Positions 14,459 to 24,494 of a DNA stretch of 64,000 bases are shown here, in pieces. This DNA is from an uncultured Acidobacteriaceae bacterium (GTDB taxonomy: Bacteria > Acidobacteriota > Terriglobia > Terriglobales > Acidobacteriaceae), in NCBI GenBank assembly GCA_963840555.1, contig CAWIZK010000003.1:11779-75778 (forward strand). The letters are read 5' to 3'. How positions within the stretch are numbered: the first letter of the stretch is position 1; each line of letters starts with the position of its first letter. The notes beneath the pieces were generated by a model. The model was not told the origin of the DNA and did not search any database. It saw only the letters and a list, made by a program, of their open reading frames with translations. Position numbers and translations under genes: made by a program.

Positions 14459-16033
14459 GTGGACCTCACGCTCGCAGAAATGCTGGCGCAAACCGCTTCG
14501 CGCATTCCTGACTGCGAAGCCGTAGTAGTCGTCCACCAGAACCTGCGCTTGAGTTGGCGGGAATTCGACGATGAAGTCACCCGCGTCGCGCGCGGACTTG
14601 CGGGACTCGGGCTCCGGGCCGGCGACCGGGTGGGAATCTGGTCAACCAATTGCGCTGAATGGATACTGTTGCAATATGCCTGCGCTCGCGCGGGATACGT
14701 GCTGGTCAATGTGAACCCGGCTTACCGCTCGCATGAGCTTGCGTTCATACTTCGCCGCTCGGGAATGCGCGCGCTATTTTTGCATGAGCGCGACGCCCGT
14801 GCCGATTACCAGCAAATCCTCGACGATGCGCGCTCGCCCGACCAGGCGCTGGCGCATGTAGTGCACCTCGATACCACAGAGTGGGACACGATGCTCGCCC
14901 ACGGCTGCGACCTGCCGGCGGAGCCGGTGCGGACCGGCGATCCAACCAACATTCAATACACCTCGGGCACCACAGGGTCGCCGAAGGGCGTCGTGTTGAC
15001 CCACCGCAACCTGGTGAACAACGCGCGCTTCTCCGGCGATGCGATGCGCATGACCAGTGACGATCGCATGTGTATTCCGTTCCCCATGTATCACTGCGCA
15101 GGATGCGTGTGCGCTGTGCTGAATTGCGTCACACGCGGAGCGACGATCGTTTTGCCGTCACCATCGTTCGATCCTGTGGCTGTACTTAAGGCCGTGGAGA
15201 ATGAGAAAGCCACGGTCATTGGCGGCGTGCCGACGATGTTCATTGGTGAATTGCAACATCCCGAGTTTGCAAACTTCAACCTCAGCTCGCTGCGCACGGC
15301 GCTCATCGGTGGCGCGCCATGTCCCGTGGAGCTGCTCAAGCGCATGACCACTGACATGCATTGCGAAGAGGTGTGTGTAATCTACGGCCAGACCGAAGCA
15401 TCGCCAATGATCACGATTCACGCCCCGGGTGACAACTTTGAACAGCGTACCTCGACCGTCGGTAAGGCGGGCCCGAATTCCGAAGTCAAAATCATCAGTC
15501 CGGTTACTGGAGAAACGGTACCCGTAGGTGAACTGGGCGAGCTGTGTGCACGCGGATACATGGTGATGATCGGCTACGACGGCGAGCCTGATGCCACGGC
15601 GCGCGCGGTGGATGCCGAGGGTTGGTTGCACACTGGCGATCTCGCCGTCATGCGCGAGGATGGCCACGTCAACATCCGCGGCCGCGCCAAGGAACTGATC
15701 ATTCGCGGCGGCGAGAACATTTATCCTGCGGAGATTGAGGCATTTCTGTTTGCCCATCCCAAAGTCGCCGAGGTTGCCGTGGTTGGCCTGCCGGACTCAA
15801 AGCTCGGAGAGACGGTTGCCGCGTGGGTGAAGCTGCGTGCCGGCGAGACTATGACAAAGGACGAATTGCAGGATTATTGCCAGGGGAAGATTGCGCACTT
15901 CAAGATTCCGCAACACATTCGCTTCGTGGATTCGTTTCCGATGACGGTTACCGGGAAACTTCAGAAATTCCGCATTCGCGAATCTGAAATTGAAATGTTA
16001 GGACTCGCCGGACAGAAGCAAACCACGGCCTGA
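14459..16033 (+). CDS. AMP-dependent acyl-CoA synthetase/ligase
   Basis: AMP-binding motif IQYTSGTTGSPKGVVLTHRN. The 5' end is uncertain: GTG at 14459 is in frame, while ATG at 14418 in another frame encodes the family-typical MPELSYARGISVPL (see finding). Confidence 0.85.
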   Translation: MDLTLAEMLAQTASRIPDCEAVVVVHQNLRLSWREFDDEVTRVARGLAGLGLRAGDRVGIWSTNCAEWILLQYACARAGYVLVNVNPAYRSHELAFILRRSGMRALFLHERDARADYQQILDDARSPDQALAHVVHLDTTEWDTMLAHGCDLPAEPVRTGDPTNIQYTSGTTGSPKGVVLTHRNLVNNARFSGDAMRMTSDDRMCIPFPMYHCAGCVCAVLNCVTRGATIVLPSPSFDPVAVLKAVENEKATVIGGVPTMFIGELQHPEFANFNLSSLRTALIGGAPCPVELLKRMTTDMHCEEVCVIYGQTEASPMITIHAPGDNFEQRTSTVGKAGPNSEVKIISPVTGETVPVGELGELCARGYMVMIGYDGEPDATARAVDAEGWLHTGDLAVMREDGHVNIRGRAKELIIRGGENIYPAEIEAFLFAHPKVAEVAVVGLPDSKLGETVAAWVKLRAGETMTKDELQDYCQGKIAHFKIPQHIRFVDSFPMTVTGKLQKFRIRESEIEMLGLAGQKQTTA

Positions 16034-16049
16034 GAGTAGCTACATTCAC

Positions 16050-16454
16050 ATGACTTTTGACCTGCGCAAGTTTGCCGAGCGTTACACCGCAGCCTGGTGC
16101 AGCCAAAACGCCGGCAGTGTTGCAGGGTGCTACGCGCCCGACGGCACGCTGACGATTAACAACGGCACGCCAGCTGTCGGTCGAGCCGCAATCACCGCGG
16201 CTGCCCAATCATTCATGACGGACTTTCCGGACTTGAAGGTCACGATGGACGGCGTGTCCGTCGAGGGAGCGCGGTCGGTCTATCGCTGGACGCTCGACGG
16301 CACCAACACCGGTCCGGGCGGGACGGGCGCGCATGTTCGCATCAGCGGATTTGAGGAGTGGCTCATCGGCGACGACGGACTCATCGGCGCGTCGCTCGGC
16401 CACTTCGACGCCGACGACTACCAGCGCCGGCTCAGAGGTAAAACCCGCGGTTGA
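16050..16454 (+). CDS. SnoaL/NTF2-like (ester cyclase-like) protein
   Basis: 134 aa. The size and pattern YTAAWCSQNAGSVAGCYAPDG...TMDG are typical of SnoaL-like small proteins. Confidence 0.6.
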   Translation: MTFDLRKFAERYTAAWCSQNAGSVAGCYAPDGTLTINNGTPAVGRAAITAAAQSFMTDFPDLKVTMDGVSVEGARSVYRWTLDGTNTGPGGTGAHVRISGFEEWLIGDDGLIGASLGHFDADDYQRRLRGKTRG

Positions 16455-16481
16455 AATTAGCTGGCGAGCGCAGCAGTTTGT

Positions 16482-19007
16482 TTAGCGGACTTGTACCGCC
16501 GCGCCTTCGCGCTCGAAACGCTCGAGATTGCTCTCCAGGCGGCTCTCCGCTTCCTGATCGTGTTGCGACCGGACCAGTTCGATTGCCTGGCGTTCTGCCT
16601 GAATGGCATCAGCCGGCCGCCCCGACTTGTCATAAGCGGTAGCAAGCATATCCAAGGCGCGCCAATCCTTGCCGCCGCTTAACTCCACAGCCTTCTTGAA
16701 CTCAGCCACCGCCCCCGGAACATTTCCGCTGACACCCAACGCATAGCCGAGATTGATGCGGTACTCGACCGAGTCTGGACGCAGCGTTACAGCTTGGCGA
16801 AGTTCTTCGACGCCTTCTTCGGTACGGCCCGTCTTGACGAGTTCGAAGCCAAGGCGATAATGCGCCTCCGCAAAAACCGGAGCTAGTTGCACGGCTTTGC
16901 GCAGATGTTCTTCCCCTTCGAGCGGCTGTCCCTGCTCGAACAACACCGAGCCAAGGTCCATCTCCGCGCCGGCGTCGGTGGGATCGATCGTCAAAGCCTT
17001 GTGCCAGCTTTCGATCGCGCCAGTCGGATCGCCAGAATTCGACTGCGACACGGCCAGATGGTCGTACCACGCACTGGGGGGATTGGGATTGAACGTGCAA
17101 GCCTTGCGATACTCTTCCATCGCCTCATGTTCCTGGTTGTTCTGCGTCAGCGCAGTAGCCAGCGCGTAATGCGCAATGGGATCGTTGGGGTCGTGTTGCA
17201 GCACTTCGTGAAATGTTCCAATCGCTTCCGGCAGCTGTTTCTTTTCTAACTGGTCGAACGCCACGTTAAACAGACGGTAGAACTCGGTCGCCTCAGGATC
17301 GATATGCTGCATGCCGTCGGGAGGAATGTTCACAAACTCCGGAATATTCACGGCGCGATTGGCGGCCGTCATGTTGTCCACCAGGATTGCCGGACTGTCG
17401 TTTCCGTCGGCATCGATGTGGGTCAGCATCAGTTGCGTGAAGGGCGTACGCGCCTTCGAGGAAAAAGCCAGCCAGCGTCCGTTCGGCGAAAACGTGTGCC
17501 ACGAATTCATCAGTGACGTGTTGCAGTTCATGCGCCGCGCTTTGCCGCCTCCAAACGGCACGATGTAAAGCTGGCTGTCGGGCCGCATCAGCAGGCCGTT
17601 CTTGTTTTGCACAAACACGATCCACTTGCCGTCGGGCGAGACCTTGGGGAAGTTGTTGCTCATGCCGTTCGCCGAAGCTCCGAGTAACGGTTCCGCTTTG
17701 CCGCCGCGACCCTCGTTAAACGGAATCTTATACAGGTCGTACTGAATTTGCGTTTCGTTGGGATCGTTTGCGAACTCGGCTTTCGGGCGTCCCTCAGGGT
17801 AAGATTCGCGCGCTTCCGCCCGGCTGAAAATCAGGAACTTGCCATCGGCCGACCAGAATGCGCTGGTGTGAACATACTTCGGATCATCGGCGCCGGGAAG
17901 CGGCTTCAGCTTGCCTTCCTGCCGGTCGTACCAGGCAAGGATGCCGCGCGTCGGATAAAAGACCTGGTTGAACGGGGGCCCTTGGAAGTTCATGCTATAA
18001 AGCCGGTCCGCGATTCCCGCCGCAAATTCCGGAAGCTCATCCTTGTGCTTATTGCCCAATCCTGGAGGCCCGATCGATGTGATCACATAGCGCCCGTCGG
18101 GTGAAATCTGCGACATGAATCCGAACCGCTTCACGGCCGGTGTGATCCTGGCGTTCGGGTCCTCTTGGAACGAACTCCAGCGCACCACATCGGTATTCTT
18201 GATTGTCATGTTTTTCGACACAGGCACAATCGCATAGAGGGCCTTATCGTTCTTCGGTCCATCCAAGTCCAGCCCCAGGGTCTTGCCATCACTCGAAAAC
18301 GAGTGGCAATTGGCGCAGGTGACGAGCTTCTGCATCACCGTCCGGCTCTGCGGCTGCGAAATGTCGCGAAGCTTCCATTTGATAAGCGGAACCGCGAACG
18401 GCGGCAGTGGCTGAATCACTCCCTTTTCGGATCTTGGCCAGAGCATCAGCGGCACGTCGCGATAGAAGATTGGCGCGCTGACTGGGTCAGCTGACGTCGA
18501 GATGGTCACGCTACCGCCGGAAACTGTCTGTTTCATCGCATCGTCAGCAAAACCGGCGATCGTAATCGTTGCCGGTGACTTTACCGAGTTTTTCTTGATG
18601 GTTGCCCACGTTTCGGCATCCGGTATCCACGTCCGCGTCGCTGCCTGCTGAGGGTTAAGTTTCAGGAGCTCGCCGGTCGGTCCCGTTTCCGGATCGACCT
18701 CACCCCAATGGAAGTGTTCGCCCGGCACCTCGACCCGAATGTCTTTTCCATGTCCACCAAAGGACACATTAACGACCCATCGTTTGGCTGTGTCATTGGC
18801 ATCGCGAAAAAGAAACGTTGGCGGCGTAATTTCAGGCGGGAAGATGGAGCCTTCGAGCGGGTAATCGACCGTAATCTTTGCAAGCGAAGCGGACTGGACG
18901 TCAGGTGCGCCCCCATGGGCACGCAACATGCCGGCACCTCCGAGCAGCGCCAGAGCGCACACTAATGCGGCCAACGGCGCCACTATATTCGCAGATCGCA
19001 AAGGCAT
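16482..19007 (-). CDS. secreted TolB-like beta-propeller / TPR repeat protein
   Basis: ATG at 19007 gives a signal peptide (MPLRSANIVAPLAALVCALALLGGAGML). Central SPDG-type PD40-like repeats, C-terminal TPRs. The track ORF extends to 19079. Confidence 0.75.
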   Translation of the reverse strand: MPLRSANIVAPLAALVCALALLGGAGMLRAHGGAPDVQSASLAKITVDYPLEGSIFPPEITPPTFLFRDANDTAKRWVVNVSFGGHGKDIRVEVPGEHFHWGEVDPETGPTGELLKLNPQQAATRTWIPDAETWATIKKNSVKSPATITIAGFADDAMKQTVSGGSVTISTSADPVSAPIFYRDVPLMLWPRSEKGVIQPLPPFAVPLIKWKLRDISQPQSRTVMQKLVTCANCHSFSSDGKTLGLDLDGPKNDKALYAIVPVSKNMTIKNTDVVRWSSFQEDPNARITPAVKRFGFMSQISPDGRYVITSIGPPGLGNKHKDELPEFAAGIADRLYSMNFQGPPFNQVFYPTRGILAWYDRQEGKLKPLPGADDPKYVHTSAFWSADGKFLIFSRAEARESYPEGRPKAEFANDPNETQIQYDLYKIPFNEGRGGKAEPLLGASANGMSNNFPKVSPDGKWIVFVQNKNGLLMRPDSQLYIVPFGGGKARRMNCNTSLMNSWHTFSPNGRWLAFSSKARTPFTQLMLTHIDADGNDSPAILVDNMTAANRAVNIPEFVNIPPDGMQHIDPEATEFYRLFNVAFDQLEKKQLPEAIGTFHEVLQHDPNDPIAHYALATALTQNNQEHEAMEEYRKACTFNPNPPSAWYDHLAVSQSNSGDPTGAIESWHKALTIDPTDAGAEMDLGSVLFEQGQPLEGEEHLRKAVQLAPVFAEAHYRLGFELVKTGRTEEGVEELRQAVTLRPDSVEYRINLGYALGVSGNVPGAVAEFKKAVELSGGKDWRALDMLATAYDKSGRPADAIQAERQAIELVRSQHDQEAESRLESNLERFEREGAAVQVR

Positions 19008-19009
19008 GG

Positions 19010-19498
19010 CTACTCCTGCGGAACGGCGCAACGAAACATCGCGATGGCTTCGATCTCCACCAGCAAGTCGGGACGGCACAAGATTGCCTGGATACCGGTC
19101 GAGGCGGGCAGCGGATCCAGTTCTTGCTCCCGGTAGAAAGCCGTGCGCTCTTCGTTGAAGGCCGCGTAGTCGCGATCAATGTCGCGCAAATAACACGTGG
19201 TGCGGACGATGTCTTTCCAACTTGCACCTTCGGCTGCCAGCAGGGCGGTAATGTTCTCAAAAGTCCGCCGAAGTTGGGCGCGGAAGTCCCCGACATGGAC
19301 TGTCTCACCCTTTTCATCGATGCTCGCAGTGCCGGAGATCAGCAGGATGGCAACATTTCCAAGATCGATGCGCATGCCACGCGAAAACGAACTTGGCCGG
19401 TCGTAGCACCACGCCTCGTTCAGAACCGCTAAATTAGTGATTGCCCTTTTCCGGACCGGAGCATTGAGAACTTCCGACAGAATGTCCTGCACTGACAT
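19010..19498 (-). CDS. RidA/YjgF-family protein
   Basis: 162 aa. The ISGTASID...TTCYLRDI...EIEAIA pattern is typical of the RidA/YjgF fold. The stop lies 2 nt before the downstream ATG. Confidence 0.7.
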   Translation of the reverse strand: MSVQDILSEVLNAPVRKRAITNLAVLNEAWCYDRPSSFSRGMRIDLGNVAILLISGTASIDEKGETVHVGDFRAQLRRTFENITALLAAEGASWKDIVRTTCYLRDIDRDYAAFNEERTAFYREQELDPLPASTGIQAILCRPDLLVEIEAIAMFRCAVPQE

Positions 19499-19778
19499 AG
19501 AGACGCCTACATTTAGGCCGAGGACTACTACAGACAGTCTTCGCCCTAGTAAGCTATTCGCTCATAAGATGTCGGAAGTTCCGGTTTGTTGATGATTTTT
19601 TTGTAAAGCTGGAGGGGCCAAGACTCGGGTAGTTCGTTTGTCGCGCCGGAGCCCCAACGCTCCGGCGTTTTTGTTGGGTCACTGCTTCCCCGCAAGACTC
19701 CCGCGCGTCAATTCCGTTACTATGATTCTGCTCGTATCTGTTTGCCGCGTCGTTCGGCGTTACGAAGGATCTCCGGGA

Positions 19779-20453
19779 ATGAATCGAAATCGGCTATCTT
19801 TGCTCGCTTTTGCCTCTGTTCTGATGCTTTTGAGCGCAATGTCCGCCTGGGGCGGCGATACCTCTGCCCTGCGCCCTCCCAAGGGCTCCAAGGTCGCCCT
19901 GCTTGTCTTTGAAGACCTGCAATGTCCCGATTGCGCCCGCGCTGCACCGGTCCTCCACGAAGCCGCCAAGAAATACAGCATTCCGCTGGTGCAGTACGAC
20001 TTCCCGTTGCCCATGCACAACTGGTCTTTTGAGGCAGCGGTCAACGCCCGCTACTTCGACACCAAATCGAAGAAACTCGGCGATGATTACCGGCTGTTTA
20101 TCTTCGCCAACCAGCCGCAGATCACGCCCCAGAACCTGCGGGGCATGACCGAGCGCTTCGCCGCCGACAACAAGGTGACTTTCCCCTTTGTCGTGGATCC
20201 CTCTGGCGAATTCGCAGCCAAAATAAAGGCTGACTACGCTGTCGGGCAGCGTGTGGGTATCGAGCACACACCTACTATCTACGTCGTTAGCGATACCACC
20301 CGAGGCACACCATTTGTCGAAGTGGTTGATCGCACTCAGCTTTACCAATTGATTGACAAAGTAATCAAGGAAGCCGGCCCCTCCGCGCCTGCCCCTAAAT
20401 CAACTGCCTCGAAGTCAGCTGCCCCCAAGTCAGCTTCGGCCAAGGCGCAGTAG
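19779..20453 (+). CDS. DsbA-like thioredoxin-fold thiol:disulfide oxidoreductase
   Basis: Signal peptide from the ATG at 19779. CPDC active-site motif (FEDLQCPDCARAAP). Confidence 0.75.
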   Translation: MNRNRLSLLAFASVLMLLSAMSAWGGDTSALRPPKGSKVALLVFEDLQCPDCARAAPVLHEAAKKYSIPLVQYDFPLPMHNWSFEAAVNARYFDTKSKKLGDDYRLFIFANQPQITPQNLRGMTERFAADNKVTFPFVVDPSGEFAAKIKADYAVGQRVGIEHTPTIYVVSDTTRGTPFVEVVDRTQLYQLIDKVIKEAGPSAPAPKSTASKSAAPKSASAKAQ

Positions 20454-20674
20454 ATCTATCTCGGCCGGAACGGGTTTGCTCCGAACCGGCCTGGGTTACA
20501 AATCGCAACATTTTTTTGTGGAACCCGCAATTCGCCCCCAGCGAATAGCACCTTACGGGGGGGATTTGTAGCCTGGTTACAAACCCAAGGCATCCCTTGC
20601 TCACAGGCGCGACTCCAACGGCAAAGCAGTGTTACTATCGCTAACGCGCCTGGCCGTCAGATGTAGAGGTGTTG

Positions 20675-21301
20675 ATGAAGACGACCGCTGAGCTTTCTTC
20701 GCACGATCGAATCCTAAGGGCAGCCAAACTGCTCTTCGCCCAAAACGGTTACGAAAATACAAGCACCGTCGCGATTGCCCGCGAAGCGGGGACCAGCGAA
20801 TCGCAGTTGATGAAGCACTTCGGCAGCAAGCAAGGGCTGCTACTCGCCATTTTGGACCGTGGCTGGAATGCCACACTGGAACGCATCAGGGCCACGGCTA
20901 CCGCCGTATCTCCCGGTGACCGCCTGGTCTCTATGCTAACGGCCGCCACCATCGAATTTGAAAACGACGAGCAATTCAAGATTCTGTCTGCACTGGAATC
21001 CCGCCGTGTGCGCAAAGACAGTAGCGAAGTCATGGTCAGCCGCGGCTATCGGCGGTTCCGCGAAATTTTCGACCGCACACTTCTCGAAATGCGAAACGAA
21101 GGCATGATCCGCGCCGATCTCAATCTCGACGCGGTCCGCGCCGGCATTCTCGGTTTCGCCGAAGGATTGTGGCGCGACCAGATCATCGCCAGCCGTGCTG
21201 GGATGTCGTCCAGCTACGCCTTCGACGACATGCGAAAGGTGCTCGAGCTAGTGCTCGAGTTCTTCCTGGAAGTGCCTGCCCAGCGCGCCAAAGCCAGCTA
21301 G
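20675..21301 (+). CDS. TetR/AcrR family transcriptional regulator
   Basis: N-terminal HTH ILRAAKLLFAQNGYENTSTVAIAREAGTSESQLMKHFGSKQGLL. Confidence 0.85.
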   Translation: MKTTAELSSHDRILRAAKLLFAQNGYENTSTVAIAREAGTSESQLMKHFGSKQGLLLAILDRGWNATLERIRATATAVSPGDRLVSMLTAATIEFENDEQFKILSALESRRVRKDSSEVMVSRGYRRFREIFDRTLLEMRNEGMIRADLNLDAVRAGILGFAEGLWRDQIIASRAGMSSSYAFDDMRKVLELVLEFFLEVPAQRAKAS

Positions 21302-21448
21302 CTGGTTGTCGCAGTTTTCCCATCAGCACCCCGCCTCGTGCGGGGTGTTTCTCGATCCCGCCAATTTGACTCGGCATGTGCCTGCGTATCGTAGGGCCCG
21401 GAATTCACCGCGACCGGAATTGCTGCGGGTATAATCGCCATCACCCTC

Positions 21449-24418
21449 ATGCCACTGACCTCCGGTACGAAGCTTGGCCCCTACGAAATTCAGTCACTGC
21501 TCGGTGCGGGCGGGATGGGCGAAGTCTATCTCGCTCTCGACACCCGGCTCCAGCGCACTGTCGCCATCAAAATCCTTCCCGCCCATCTTTCCTCAAGCCC
21601 CGACCTGCATGCCCGTTTTGTGCAGGAGGCCAAATCCATTTCGAGCCTCCAGCACCCCAATATCTGTGTAGTTCACGACATTGGTTCGCAAGACGGCGTC
21701 GACTTCATGGTGATGGAGTACGTTTCCGGGAAGACCCTGGACCGCGTCATTCAGCGTGGTGGGCTGCCGTCGAATCTGGCGACCAAGTACGCCGTGCAAG
21801 TGGCCGAAGCCCTCGCCCGCGCGCATGCAGCCGGCATCGTTCATCGTGACCTGAAGCCCGCCAACATCATGGTTGATGACACCGGCCTCGTAAAAGTGCT
21901 CGACTTCGGTTTGGCCAAGCTCGCCGCTGCAGACTCAGCGACCGGAGACGTCGGCGCCACCATTACCGGATCCGGCAACGCCACCACGCCCGGCATGATT
22001 GTCGGAACCCTTGCTTACATGTCGCCCGAGCAGGCGGAAGGCAAGCCCATCGACGCTCGCAGCGATATCTTCTCCTTCGGCGCGGTTTTCTACGAGATGC
22101 TGGCTGGTGCCAAAGCCTTCGATGGCGAGTCGAGTGCCGCGCTGCTCGCTGCCGTCATGCGCGACGACCCCAAGCCGCTCAGCGAGCTCAATCACGATGT
22201 TCCTCCCGAGCTGCGGCGCATCGTTACCCGATGCTTAAAGAAGAAGCCCGCCGATCGTTACTCCAACGGCACCGAACTGGCGCAAGACCTCAAAAACAGC
22301 CGCGACTTGCTGTTCCCCGATTCGGGCGCGGCACTGAGTTCTGCCCGCATCGTGAGAGAAGCCAAGCGCCCGCGGATTCTGGTGCCGCTGCTGGCGCTCC
22401 TCATCCTGCTCGGCTTGGGTGTGGGCTGGCTGGTCAAGCGCAATGGCGAGGCCCGCTGGGCGCGCGACGTCGCGGTCCCGCAGATTTCCCAGCTCTACGA
22501 TCAAGGCAAGTATGGGGAGGCCTTCGCTGTGGCCGATCGCGCGGAGAAGGCCATCCCCGGCGACCCCGCGCTGGCCAAGCTGTGGCCGGTGATCTCCTAC
22601 CAGCTCTCTATCAACACCAGCCCAGCCGGCGCTGACGTCTATCGCCGCGAATACAACGATCCCAATTCGGCGTGGGCGCTCGTGGGAAAAACTCCGCTGA
22701 AGAATGTTCGCCAGCCTCGCGGCATGTTTCTCTGGAAGTTTGAAAGGCAGGGATACAGTCCCGTTCTCCGCACCACCAACGGAATACTCCCTCGATTCGG
22801 CATACCGATTGGCGAAGGTGCTGAAGTGTCTGTCGTCCTCGACGAAACTGCGAAGACGCCAGCGGGCATGGTGCGCGTCTCACCTGAACACTATCCCAAA
22901 ACTCTCTTCATCCCCGGCTTCGAAGGCCAGCCCGAGCTTGCTCTCAAGGATTACTGGATCGACCAGTACGAGGTCACTAACCGCCAGTACAAAGCATTCG
23001 TGGACGCCGGTGGCTACCAGAAGCCCGAGTACTGGAAGTTCGATTTCACTCGCGACGGAAAGAAGCTGACGTGGGACGAGGCCATGGCCCAATTCCGCGA
23101 CGCTGCCGAACGTCCCGGCCCCAAAGACTGGGTGCAGGGGGAGTATCCCAAGGGCCAGGATGACTATCCAGTCACAGGTATAAGTTGGTATGAGGCTGCG
23201 GCCTACGCAGAATTCGCGGGCAAGAGTCTGCCCACCATCTACCACTGGAACCGTGCCGCAGGCCCGTTTTCCGCAGCGTTCATTGTTCCTGCCAGCAATT
23301 TCGGCGGCGCCGGAGTTCTGCCTGTTGGAAGCAAGCCGGGCATGAGTCCGTGGGGCAATTACGACATGGCCGGCAACGTGAAGGAATGGACCACCACCGA
23401 ATCTGACTCCGGCAAGCGTTACGTTCTCGGCGGTGCCTGGGACGAGCCCAACTACATGTTCGTCGACCCCGACGCGCAATCGCCGTGGCTGCGTGCATCC
23501 AACATCGGTTTCCGCACCGTGAAGTACATCGAGCCCGGTTCCGTTCCCAAGGAGGCCGAACTTGCGATTCCTTGGCCGCGGCGCGACTACAGCAAAGAAA
23601 AGCCCGTCAGCGATCAACTCTTTGAGGCGTACCGCAGTCTTTACTCCTACGACAAGACGCCGCTCAATCCTACCGTCGAACAGGTCGCCGACGAGGAGGA
23701 CTGGAAGGTCGAGAAGGTTTCATATTCTGCCGGCTATGGGAACGAGCGCGCCATCTCATATCTCTTCCTGCCCAAGAAAGCCAAGCCACCCTATCAGACG
23801 GTCATCTTCTTCCCCGGCTCGAACGCCCTGCTGCTGAGGAAGTTCACGCTGTATCCCACTGCGGCGCTCGACGCCGTTATCCGTAGCGGACGCGCCGTGC
23901 TCTATCCGGTCTACAAGAGCACCTACGAACGCGGTGACGGCATGGAAACCGATGTCCCCAGCACTTCCAGCGAATGGCGCGACCACGTCGTGATGTGGGC
24001 GAAAGATGCCTCCCGCGCCCTCGACTACGTCGATTCGCGCCCCGATCTCGACCACGAAAAGATCGGCTATTACGGCTACAGTTGGGGAGCGGTGATGGGC
24101 GCCATCATCCCTGCCGTGGATCCGCGCATCAAGGCCAACGTGCTGGCGCTGGGGGGAATGGAATACAGCCACTCCCTGCCCGAAGTCGACAAGATCAACT
24201 TCATTACGCATGTGAAGCAGCCCACCCTGCTGCTCAGCGGCCACTACGATTTCTTCTTCCCGGTTGACTCCACCCAGATACCATTCTTCAACCTGCTCGG
24301 TGCGAAAAAAGAGCAGAAGAAGCGAGTGCAGTACGAAACTGGCCACAACATTCCGCGCAATGAACTGATCAAGGAAGTCCTGAACTGGTACGACTCGTAC
24401 CTCGGCCCCGTTCAATGA
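21449..24418 (+). CDS. membrane Ser/Thr kinase fused to FGE-sulfatase-like and alpha/beta-hydrolase domains
   Basis: 989 aa. Kinase: GAGGMGEVYLA, HRDLKPANIM, DFG. TM: ILVPLLALLILLGLGVGWLV. FGE-type: YWIDQYEVTNRQYKAFV, MAGNVKEWT, LGGAW. Hydrolase: GYYGYSWGA, a later Asp, and His in YETGHNIP. Confidence 0.85.
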   Translation: MPLTSGTKLGPYEIQSLLGAGGMGEVYLALDTRLQRTVAIKILPAHLSSSPDLHARFVQEAKSISSLQHPNICVVHDIGSQDGVDFMVMEYVSGKTLDRVIQRGGLPSNLATKYAVQVAEALARAHAAGIVHRDLKPANIMVDDTGLVKVLDFGLAKLAAADSATGDVGATITGSGNATTPGMIVGTLAYMSPEQAEGKPIDARSDIFSFGAVFYEMLAGAKAFDGESSAALLAAVMRDDPKPLSELNHDVPPELRRIVTRCLKKKPADRYSNGTELAQDLKNSRDLLFPDSGAALSSARIVREAKRPRILVPLLALLILLGLGVGWLVKRNGEARWARDVAVPQISQLYDQGKYGEAFAVADRAEKAIPGDPALAKLWPVISYQLSINTSPAGADVYRREYNDPNSAWALVGKTPLKNVRQPRGMFLWKFERQGYSPVLRTTNGILPRFGIPIGEGAEVSVVLDETAKTPAGMVRVSPEHYPKTLFIPGFEGQPELALKDYWIDQYEVTNRQYKAFVDAGGYQKPEYWKFDFTRDGKKLTWDEAMAQFRDAAERPGPKDWVQGEYPKGQDDYPVTGISWYEAAAYAEFAGKSLPTIYHWNRAAGPFSAAFIVPASNFGGAGVLPVGSKPGMSPWGNYDMAGNVKEWTTTESDSGKRYVLGGAWDEPNYMFVDPDAQSPWLRASNIGFRTVKYIEPGSVPKEAELAIPWPRRDYSKEKPVSDQLFEAYRSLYSYDKTPLNPTVEQVADEEDWKVEKVSYSAGYGNERAISYLFLPKKAKPPYQTVIFFPGSNALLLRKFTLYPTAALDAVIRSGRAVLYPVYKSTYERGDGMETDVPSTSSEWRDHVVMWAKDASRALDYVDSRPDLDHEKIGYYGYSWGAVMGAIIPAVDPRIKANVLALGGMEYSHSLPEVDKINFITHVKQPTLLLSGHYDFFFPVDSTQIPFFNLLGAKKEQKKRVQYETGHNIPRNELIKEVLNWYDSYLGPVQ

Positions 24419-24494
24419 GGCTGAGGACAATATAATTCCGCCGCCGCATCAGGCATGACCCAAACTTAAAGAGAATAAGAGAAGAGGGAAGACG

